Shown here: positions 18,243-25,235 of the stretch, one piece after another
Position numbering within the stretch: position 1 is the first letter of the stretch
Layout: each line of letters begins with the position of its first letter
DNA from: a bacterium
GTDB taxonomy: Bacteria; Chlamydiota; Chlamydiia; Chlamydiales; SM23-39
Length of the DNA: 64,000 nt
Assembly (NCBI GenBank): GCA_021811265.1
Contig: JAJZPH010000001.1
Span: 16,779-80,778 of the forward strand
Direction of reading: 5' to 3'
Notes under the pieces: model-generated
What the model saw: the letters and a program-made list of their open reading frames with translations, nothing else
What the model was told of the DNA's origin: nothing
The model's database searches: none
Translations under genes and position numbers: made by a program

Positions 18243-20428
18243 GGAGATTTGGCTTCTGGTGGGGGAAGCGCGTTGCGCTTACACAGAGCGGCTTTAAGTC
18301 CTGTATAGCGTTTTTCTACCTCTTTGTTTTTGATGGTCATGGCAACGGCCTGCTTAGTTCCAACAAGAACTACTTTTTTCTTGCCTCTGGTCACAGCAGT
18401 GTAGAGAAGATTGCGGTAGAGTAGTTTGAAATGACAAAGGTGGATGGGCATGACAATGCAGGGGCATTCGCTGCCCTGGTATTTGTGCACAGAGACGGCG
18501 TAGGAAAGTGAGAGTTCTTCGAGTTCGTGAAATTCATACTCTGCTTCTCTTCCCTCGAAATTCACTTTTACTGTCTGGCTTCCAGGATCAATTGAGGAAA
18601 TTCTTCCAATATCGCCATTATACACTTCTTTGTTGTAATTATTTCGCATCTGCATGACCTTGTCGCCAATGTGAAAACGTTCGCCGCCGCGAAAGAAAGG
18701 GGAGTCGGAGGGGTTTAGGGCGTTTTGTAAAAGAAGGTTGAGCGTTTCGGTTCCCAAAGGTCCCTTTTTCATCGGAGAAAGAACCTGAATGTCTTCGATG
18801 GGATGAAATTTTTTCGCAGGAAGTTCTTGGGCAACAAGAGAGAGAATTTTTTTTTGAATTTGTAGAGGATCTGCAAGCTCAAAGAATTGAAAATCGCTCC
18901 AAGGCTCGTTGTTGAGAAAAGGAAACTCTCCATTATTGATTTTGTGCGCATTGAGAATAATAGAAGAGCCCGATGATTGACGAAAAATTTCTACCAGGCG
19001 TGTGACGGGGCAGACATTGGAAGCAATGAGATCTTTGAGCACTTGTCCTGCGCCAACGCTAGGTAGCTGGTCGATATCGCCAACGAAAATCACACGAGCA
19101 TGGGAAGGAAGAGCGCGCAGCAGATGGAACATGAGAAGGGTGTCGATCATACTCGATTCGTCAATAATGAAGAGATTGCCTTTGAGAGGATTTTCTTTGT
19201 TTTTTCTAAAGCCTTGAGAGCCGAAGTCATATTCTAAAAGAGCGTGAATGGTTTGCGCTCTTCTTCTCGTGATTTGGCTCATGCGTTTTGCAGCTCTGCC
19301 GGTGGGGGCTGCAAGGACGATCTGGTCGGTAATTTTTTCCGTGATGGTGAGGATGGCGTTGATAATGGTGCTCTTTCCCGTGCCAGGGCCACCTGTAATG
19401 ACGTGTAATTTTTCTGATAGGCTCTTTTTTATTCCTTCTATTTGCTCTTGTGCCAATCGGATGTGGATTTTTTTTTGCACCCACTCGACGGCTTTGTCTT
19501 GCTCTATTTTGCGAATGAAAGAGGGGGTGTTTTTCAAACGAACGATCTCTTTTGCGATGCCGTCTTCAGAAAAATAGTAGGCATTGAGATAGAGAAATTT
19601 CTGTGCGGTTTCTTCAAAGAGAAGCTCTTGCCGCACTAGTAGGTTTTCCAAAACCATCTGATCGATTGTTTTTTGAATGAGTCGATGGTCGACAAGGAGA
19701 ATTTTTCCAGCCTCTTGTAAAAACGATGATTCTAAAGCGCAGGTATGCCCTTCGCTGGTCATTTCCCACAAAACATACTCGATACCAGAAGAGATGCGTT
19801 TGGGATCATCGGGGGCAAATCCCATTTTTTCCGCCATCTTATCGGCGCTTTTAAAACCAATGCCAAAGATCTCTTTTGCCAGGGCAAAGGGGTTTTCTTT
19901 TATTTTTTCGAGGCTCTTGTTTCCATATCGCTTAAAAATCTTCTGGGCGAAAGAGGGGCTGATTTCATAGGAGCGAAGAAAGATGATCACCTCGCGTATC
20001 GATTTTTGCTCGGACCAGCAGTGTTGAATGGTTGTAATTTTTTTTCTTCCGATTCCTTGAATTTCTTTGAGCCGCTCGGGTTGTTGATCGAGTATTACGA
20101 GAGTATCCAACCCAAACTTTTCCACAATTTTTTTTGCATAGACAGGGCCGATGCCCTTAATGAGGCCCGACTCCAGATATTTTTGAATACCCAAAAGGTC
20201 GGAAGGAGAACGAACAGAATAAGAAGCGACTTCGAACTGTTTTCCATGTACTGGATGGTTTTTCCAAATTCCTTCGCAAAGCAGAGTTTCTCCTGGCTGC
20301 ACCGAGGGCATATTTCCCACGATGAGGGTAAGCTCCTTTTTTCTGCTCTCTTTGAGTTTGGCGACAATAAACCCATTTTCTGGATTCGAAAAAAGTATGT
20401 GGTCGATAAAACCGAGAATCTGTTCCAT
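18209..20428 (-). CDS. recD2: RecD2-type SF1B ATP-dependent DNA helicase
   Basis: ITGGPGTGKST Walker A, LFIIDESSM, VGDIDQLPSVG, and C-terminal YAVSVHKYQGSE...LLYTAVTRGKK. I prefer the ATG at 20428 (MEQILGF...). Confidence 0.9.
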   Translation of the reverse strand: MEQILGFIDHILFSNPENGFIVAKLKESRKKELTLIVGNMPSVQPGETLLCEGIWKNHPVHGKQFEVASYSVRSPSDLLGIQKYLESGLIKGIGPVYAKKIVEKFGLDTLVILDQQPERLKEIQGIGRKKITTIQHCWSEQKSIREVIIFLRSYEISPSFAQKIFKRYGNKSLEKIKENPFALAKEIFGIGFKSADKMAEKMGFAPDDPKRISSGIEYVLWEMTSEGHTCALESSFLQEAGKILLVDHRLIQKTIDQMVLENLLVRQELLFEETAQKFLYLNAYYFSEDGIAKEIVRLKNTPSFIRKIEQDKAVEWVQKKIHIRLAQEQIEGIKKSLSEKLHVITGGPGTGKSTIINAILTITEKITDQIVLAAPTGRAAKRMSQITRRRAQTIHALLEYDFGSQGFRKNKENPLKGNLFIIDESSMIDTLLMFHLLRALPSHARVIFVGDIDQLPSVGAGQVLKDLIASNVCPVTRLVEIFRQSSGSSIILNAHKINNGEFPFLNNEPWSDFQFFELADPLQIQKKILSLVAQELPAKKFHPIEDIQVLSPMKKGPLGTETLNLLLQNALNPSDSPFFRGGERFHIGDKVMQMRNNYNKEVYNGDIGRISSIDPGSQTVKVNFEGREAEYEFHELEELSLSYAVSVHKYQGSECPCIVMPIHLCHFKLLYRNLLYTAVTRGKKKVVLVGTKQAVAMTIKNKEVEKRYTGLKAALCKRNALPPPEAKSPYEMLLPGFND

Positions 20429-20534
20429 AAACAAATGTAGTTTTTTTCCACATAAAACTACCATACTTTGAGATCTTCGGAAAGGGTTTATCAAAAAGCA
20501 TGGTGTTGTTATTGTCGAAGAAAAGGAGTTTTTT

Positions 20535-21713
20535 ATGTTACGGGCCGTTGCCGAGGGAGTTTATTGCGTCGGATCTGTAGATTGGTTGATGCGCGATTTT
20601 CACAGTTTTGCCACTCCCCACGGTGTGACTTATAATTCCTATCTGGTCCTGGATGAAAAGATTGCTCTGATAGATACTGTAAAAGCTCCTTTTGCCAAAG
20701 AACTTTTCTCCAATATTGCAGACATCTCTAATGCAGAAAAAATCGATTACATCATCGTCAACCATGCAGAACCAGACCATGCAAGTGCGCTTCCGCTTGT
20801 TGTACAAAGCTGTAAAAAAGCGAAAGTGGTTTGTACTAAAAAATGTCAGGAGATTCTTTCCCATTATCACGATGTGTCTAAGTGGGAGTTTCAGATTGTC
20901 AAAGAAGGAGATACTCTTTCCCTTGGAAAGAAGACCCTTTCTTTTATTGAAACGCCTATGCTGCATTGGCCCGAATCGATGTTTACCTATCTCAAAGAAG
21001 AAAAAATTCTCTTTTCCATGGATGCTTTTGGACAGCATTTTTCCTCTTCTTTGCGCTTCGATGATGAAGTGAACCTTTGCGATGTGATGGAAGAGGCAAA
21101 AAGGTATTATGCCAATGTCGTCATGCCCTATGGACAACCAGTGCTCAAAGCTCTTGAAAAGATCAAAAACATTGCTATCAGGGTGATCGCCCCTTCTCAT
21201 GGAGTTATTTGGAGAAAATCGGTTGCAACGATTGTATCGTTATATGAAGAGTGGGCCCTGTTTAAACCGCAGTCAAAAATTCTTGTGATTTACGATACCA
21301 TGTGGGAAAGCACAAAGGAGATGGCAGTTGCCATTCATCGGGGAGCTTCTATCGAAAAAGTAAGCGCGCATTTAATCTCTGTTCGCTCCACAAACATGAC
21401 CGATATTGTGACGGAAATTCTTGATGCTCAAGGAATTGTATTTGGTTCTGCGAATCTCAATCAAAGGGTGATGCCTTTCATGGGGATGCTTTTTACCTAT
21501 TTGAAAGGTCTGAAACCTCAAAAGAAGATAGGAGCTGCCTTTGGAAGTTATGGATGGGGACGGGGTGCTGTCGAAGAGATAGAAGAGGTTTTGAAAGATT
21601 TGGGATTTGAGACGGTTTCTCCTGCAATCAAGAGCCAATGGAAACCAACTGCGGAGATACTGGAGAAGTGTAGGCAACTGGGCCGGAACATGGCGGAAAA
21701 GGTAAAAAAATAA
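20535..21713 (+). CDS. flavodiiron protein (rubredoxin:oxygen/NO oxidoreductase, FprA/ROO type)
   Basis: Metallo-beta-lactamase-like diiron domain with NHAEPDH, followed by a flavodoxin-like domain. AAGGAG lies upstream. Confidence 0.9.
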   Translation: MLRAVAEGVYCVGSVDWLMRDFHSFATPHGVTYNSYLVLDEKIALIDTVKAPFAKELFSNIADISNAEKIDYIIVNHAEPDHASALPLVVQSCKKAKVVCTKKCQEILSHYHDVSKWEFQIVKEGDTLSLGKKTLSFIETPMLHWPESMFTYLKEEKILFSMDAFGQHFSSSLRFDDEVNLCDVMEEAKRYYANVVMPYGQPVLKALEKIKNIAIRVIAPSHGVIWRKSVATIVSLYEEWALFKPQSKILVIYDTMWESTKEMAVAIHRGASIEKVSAHLISVRSTNMTDIVTEILDAQGIVFGSANLNQRVMPFMGMLFTYLKGLKPQKKIGAAFGSYGWGRGAVEEIEEVLKDLGFETVSPAIKSQWKPTAEILEKCRQLGRNMAEKVKK

Positions 21714-21723
21714 GGAGCTTACG

Positions 21724-21894
21724 ATGGAGCCGAAAGAGAAGTATATTTGCAATATCTGTGGATGGATTTATGATCCTGCGCAAGGTGTTCCGACTGAGGG
21801 GATCAAGGCGGGAATTGACTTCAAAGACCTCCCCACAGACTTTGTTTGCCCCGAGTGCGGAGTGGGCAAAGATCAGTTTACCCTCCTAAAATAA
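21724..21894 (+). CDS. rubredoxin
   Basis: Below the ORF-track cutoff. Manual translation gives MEPKEKYICNICGWIYDPAQGVPTEGIKAGIDFKDLPTDFVCPECGVGKDQFTLLK, with two CxxCG knuckles. Confidence 0.9.
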   Translation: MEPKEKYICNICGWIYDPAQGVPTEGIKAGIDFKDLPTDFVCPECGVGKDQFTLLK

Positions 21895-21938
21895 CTTTAC
21901 TTTTAAAAGAACGCTCAGCTAAGATTACTTCTTCTATT

Positions 21939-22010
21939 TCCGGATTAGCTCAGTGGTAGAGCAGTTGACTGTTAATCAATTGGTCGTAGGTTCGAATCCT
22001 ACATCCGGAG
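21939..22010 (+). tRNA. tRNA-Asn (anticodon GTT)
   Basis: Hand-folded cloverleaf: acceptor TCCGGAT/ATCCGGA, D arm GCTC/GAGC, anticodon loop CTGTTAA, T arm GTAGG-TTCGAAT-CCTAC, discriminator G. CCA is not encoded. Confidence 0.9.
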
Positions 22011-22022
22011 TTTCGATTTAAA

Positions 22023-22059
22023 GGCAGTTAGAGTGAAGGCCCTAACTGCCTTTTGTTTT
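22023..22059 (+). terminator. rho-independent terminator after tRNA-Asn
   Basis: Stem ggcagttag / ctaactgcc followed by ttttgtttt. Confidence 0.7.
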
Positions 22060-22079
22060 CCGAGTTTTGGAGGCATTAA

Positions 22080-23273
22080 ATGGATCCAAAAAAGATAGAA
22101 AGTCTTCTCCATCATTATGAAAAAACCGTTACAAATTCTAGCCTCTATTATAAATCTCTTTCTAAAGAAGAAAAAATGAACTTGATGCGCGAAGCTGCGA
22201 CAATGGAAGGGGAGCCAGTTGTTAATTTTGAGACTTTGATCTTGAGAGAAGGGATCATAATGAGAGACAGGCAAGAAAAGATTCGAAATGAGATTCTTCA
22301 GCTATTAAACGCTCGGAAAATTCCATTCCATCACCTAATGCATCAGGAAACCATTCCTCTAAAAATTGCTCAAGAGATCAACGTGAAAATGAGTGAAACG
22401 ATAAAAAGTCTCATGATGCGTGGGAAAAAGAGCGGGAAAAATTATCTTGTCTGTCTGCGTGGAGATCAAAAAGTCGATAAGCATGCATTGTCTGCGTTGG
22501 TCAATGAAGCCTGTGAACTTGAGAAGATTGAGACCCTAAAAAAACGATTTGGCCTTGTTTTTGGAGGAGTTTGCCCTTTTGGTAAAATCCTTGGTGTCGA
22601 AGATGTGTTTTTTGATTCCAGTCTCAAACAATGTGATGAAGTTGTTGTTGGTTGTGGCATGCCAAACGAATCCATTCGTATGAAATTTGAAGATCTGGAT
22701 TCGTTAATTCACCCGAAATTCTTTGTAATTGCTGCGCATCCTGAGAAAGAAGAAAAACGCAATTCTGGAGTTTCTTATAGAGTAGAAGCTTATAGTAGCA
22801 AAAAACACGACTTGCATGAGATTGTAAAAGTGATCAACATTGCCTACAAGAGGCATGAATATCTCCAAAGAGAAAGAATCACTATCGAAGAGCTAAAAAT
22901 TATCTGTTCTGATGCAAAAAAGAAGCTTTATCTTTGTCTTTCCCCAGAAAACAAAATCTGTGGAACCATTCTTCTAGATTTTACTTATCCGCATCAAACG
23001 GAAATAGGTCTATTATCTATTGCGCCTTCTTGTCAGAAAATGAATCTCGGTGCGCTTCTCTTGGCTCATGCGGAAGAAGAAGCTTTTGAAAAGCATCATG
23101 TGAAAAGAGTTGTTATAGGAGTTGTCAAAACCTTACAAAAATTGATTTCTTATTACAAATCTCAGGGATATGTAGAAACAGGGGAGGAGGAAGACTTTCC
23201 CGAAAAAACGTGGGTGAGACCTGAATGTCGAAGTTGGGTCAAATGTTTAATTTTGGAAAAAAAACTGCAATGA
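22080..23273 (+). CDS. fusion protein: YbaK/EbsC-like aminoacyl-tRNA deacylase domain + GNAT N-acetyltransferase domain
   Basis: Residues ~75-215 read IKSLMMRGKKSGKNYLVCLRGDQKVD...GLVFGGVCPFG (YbaK pattern KxL...GGVxPFG). Residues ~225-397 have a GNAT-like beta4-alpha3 region, EIGLLSIAPSCQKMNLGALLLAHAEEEAF. GGAGG RBS. Confidence 0.7.
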   Translation: MDPKKIESLLHHYEKTVTNSSLYYKSLSKEEKMNLMREAATMEGEPVVNFETLILREGIIMRDRQEKIRNEILQLLNARKIPFHHLMHQETIPLKIAQEINVKMSETIKSLMMRGKKSGKNYLVCLRGDQKVDKHALSALVNEACELEKIETLKKRFGLVFGGVCPFGKILGVEDVFFDSSLKQCDEVVVGCGMPNESIRMKFEDLDSLIHPKFFVIAAHPEKEEKRNSGVSYRVEAYSSKKHDLHEIVKVINIAYKRHEYLQRERITIEELKIICSDAKKKLYLCLSPENKICGTILLDFTYPHQTEIGLLSIAPSCQKMNLGALLLAHAEEEAFEKHHVKRVVIGVVKTLQKLISYYKSQGYVETGEEEDFPEKTWVRPECRSWVKCLILEKKLQ

Positions 23274-23291
23274 AGCTCTGAGAGCATTCTC

Positions 23292-23594
23292 TTAAGAAAG
23301 CCTCAAATTCAAGCCTAGAGCCATGACTAAAGAAACAAGAGTATGCCAGGTAGGATTTCCCTTTTTTGACAGCGTTTTATAAAGGCTTTCTCTGCCCAAT
23401 TTAGCCTTTCTTGCTAAATTTCCTACTCCACCTTGTGCCTCTGCTACGTTTTTGAGAGCGGTTAAGAAAAGATATTGAGATTCCTCATCGCCTTTTAAGC
23501 TTTCTTCGAGAGCCGCATTGAGATAGGCAACAGCTTCGTCATGATCTTTTAGCTTTTCGAGAAGCCATTCTTGGTAGTTTTTATTTTTTTTCAT
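23292..23594 (-). CDS. addiction-module antidote protein (HigA-like HTH antitoxin)
   Basis: AVAYLNAALEE...LARKAKLGRESLYKTLSKKGNPTWHTLVSLVMALGL matches the antidote family that pairs with HI1419-type killer proteins. Confidence 0.8.
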   Translation of the reverse strand: MKKNKNYQEWLLEKLKDHDEAVAYLNAALEESLKGDEESQYLFLTALKNVAEAQGGVGNLARKAKLGRESLYKTLSKKGNPTWHTLVSLVMALGLNLRLS

Positions 23595-23902
23595 ATTTTT
23601 TTACCTCTCAATTGATACTCTTTTAAATACTCCATTGCCTTAGTGATATCCTTGGTTTGAGAACCTTTATCTCCACCGCAGAGAAGCAAAATTATTCTAT
23701 TTCCTATCTTGGAATAGTAAACCCTGATTCCTGATCCATAATGAATCCGAAGTTCTGAGATTCCATTTCCAAGAGCTTTACAGTCTCCAAAGTTTCCGAG
23801 CTTTAAACGATCGAGACGGGTGAGAATTTTTGCCCGGGTAAGCTTCTCTCGAATGTTTTCAAACCAATCAATGATTCTCTGTTTGCTTTTGCAAAGGATG
23901 AT
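23591..23902 (-). pseudogene. RelE/ParE-superfamily 'killer protein' toxin gene lacking a start codon
   Basis: Manual translation gives ...KQRIIDWFENIREKLTRAKILTRLDRLKLGNFGDCKALGNGISELRIHYGSGIRVYYSKIGNRIILLLCGGDKGSQTKDITKAMEYLKEY. The stop overlaps the antitoxin ATG (ATGA). The frame is open from 23950 but has no ATG, GTG or TTG upstream of the conserved region; ATC sits where Met is expected. Confidence 0.65.
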
Positions 23903-24612
23903 TCCAATAGATGGATTTTCTCCTTGTTTTTCACAATGGCTCGTTCCAGCTCATATTCAGTATGCTTTTCTCCGATTTCCAGAAAATCAAAAGCATAATC
24001 GTCTTTTACAGCAAGTTTTGCCTCGGGATACAAGTTAGTTGGAAGGTTCTTTTCAAAGTTTGACTGGCTACAGATAGTTTTTTCATAAGTGCCATTATCA
24101 ATCTGGTGTATTAGAACGCGGAATGACCACCCGTTTCTTTTGGCCATCCGCATGTAAAATTCTTTTTCAAGAGGGTCTTTACATTGTGAGAGAATGGCTA
24201 TGTTATGAGACCAGCTAATTTCTGCAGACAGTGTCTGCAATTTTTGGTTGTCCTTATAGGAAAGAAAGAAGTCCTTCATATTCCACAAGTTGCGCGAAGA
24301 AAAACCTCGCATTCCCGGAAATCCTTTTTGAAGATCCTCCGCTAGGTGTTCAACAATAGCATCTCCCCATTATCCTTCTTTTTGCTGCTCGTAGATAATT
24401 TTCCCAATATCTCGATATACTTCTATGAGTTCGTGGTTGATTGCGCTCATGGCTCTGGTCTGAGCAGCCTTGATTTTTGAACTGATGGAAGCTAAAATTT
24501 CTTTATAGCTGTTTGGAACAGCAAATTTATTATCTAAAACATTTATCGAACATTTCCGAGCAGATGCTTTTTTCTTTTTAGCCATTAGAGTTGCTCCCAA
24601 TTTCTTTCTCAA
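23803..24612 (-). pseudogene. DUF1016/YhcG-family PD-(D/E)XK nuclease gene, interrupted and 3'-truncated
   Basis: ORFs 24370..24612 and 23803..24312 are in the same frame, separated by an in-frame TAA at 24370-24372 (…EQQKEG*WGDAIVEHLAEDL…). Only the N-terminal ~half of the family is present before it runs into the toxin remnant. Confidence 0.7.
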
Positions 24613-24772
24613 ATAAAAGTCGAATGCCTTCGCATAGTAGCGCGGACTTATCTGTTTTCCGCTTCTCCCGAAGTCTTTTAATAAATAGCTCGTTTAAGCG
24701 CGTTTCTTCTTCATCAGTCATGTAGACGGTGGTTTTTGCTTTCTTTGGAGCGTCGGTATTTTTGATCGACAT
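24578..24772 (-). CDS. small ribbon-helix-helix-like protein (possible CopG/antitoxin-type regulator)
   Basis: TTVYMTDEEETRLNELFIKRLRE fits a beta-strand/helix RHH N-terminus pattern. ATG at 24772 with GAGG upstream. Weak call. Confidence 0.4.
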   Translation of the reverse strand: MSIKNTDAPKKAKTTVYMTDEEETRLNELFIKRLREKRKTDKSALLCEGIRLLFEKEIGSNSNG

Positions 24773-25086
24773 TTTTTGCCTCAAGATAAATTTATCGTTT
24801 AATGATGCCGATGATATTCAAAAAAAGTCAAATAGTTATGATTGTTAGTTGGTTAAACTTCTTGAAGTCGTAACGTTAAACAGGAAAAATTTCCGAGAAT
24901 TTCAAAAGGTTCCTGAACGTTCAGAAAATTCAAGAGACATGTAAAATTTTATGCCCCACTTATGCCTCACTTGCTGGCAAATAATGGCAAACCTTTGCAA
25001 CAGTCCCCAGCAATCAAAGTATTTCTAAACATTTAATTTTTTTGTTGTTATCGTTTGTGGTTTGTGGTGGTTGATGGTAGCAAAGG

Positions 25087-25133
25087 TGACTGTTAATCAA
25101 TTGGTCGTAGGTTCGAATCCTACATCCGGAGTT
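25087..25133 (+). repeat. orphan 3' half of tRNA-Asn (attR-like direct repeat)
   Basis: Identical over 47 bp to 21966-22012, from the anticodon stem to the 3' end plus 2 nt. There is no 5' half upstream. Confidence 0.85.
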
Positions 25134-25144
25134 CTGATTAAGAG

Positions 25145-25176
25145 GCACTTAAGAGATAACTTTTAAGTGCTTTTTT
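25145..25176 (+). terminator. terminator-like hairpin after the orphan tRNA half
   Basis: Stem gcacttaa / ttaagtgc followed by tttttt. It parallels the hairpin after the intact tRNA. Confidence 0.6.
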
Positions 25177-25235
25177 ATTTAGGAAATAGAGATGAGTGCC
25201 CATGCAATAACCTTTCTTTGGGGAGAGGATGTGAA

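Larger units (their letters stand above)
21966..25133 (+). mobile_element. degenerate tRNA-Asn-associated genomic islet (~3.1 kb) bounded by a 47-bp direct repeat
   Basis: tgactgttaatcaattggtcgtaggttcgaatcctacatccggagtt occurs at 21966-22012 (inside the intact tRNA) and again at 25087-25133 (an orphan 3' half). Cargo is accessory or decayed and no integrase is present. Confidence 0.65.

Noticed and set aside
19745-20440. 231-aa plus-strand ORF inside recD2; also the 220-aa ORF 20538..21200 antisense to the flavodiiron gene, and 39966..40556.
   Set aside because: All are fully overlapped by motif-supported genes on the other strand, and none has recognisable domains.
25167-25235. Longer TTG-initiated form of the beta-lactamase-like ORF (312 aa).
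   Set aside because: The extension crosses the terminator-like hairpin and T-run after the orphan tRNA half and lacks an RBS. The ATG at 25236 has a GGAGAGG upstream and starts a proper signal peptide.
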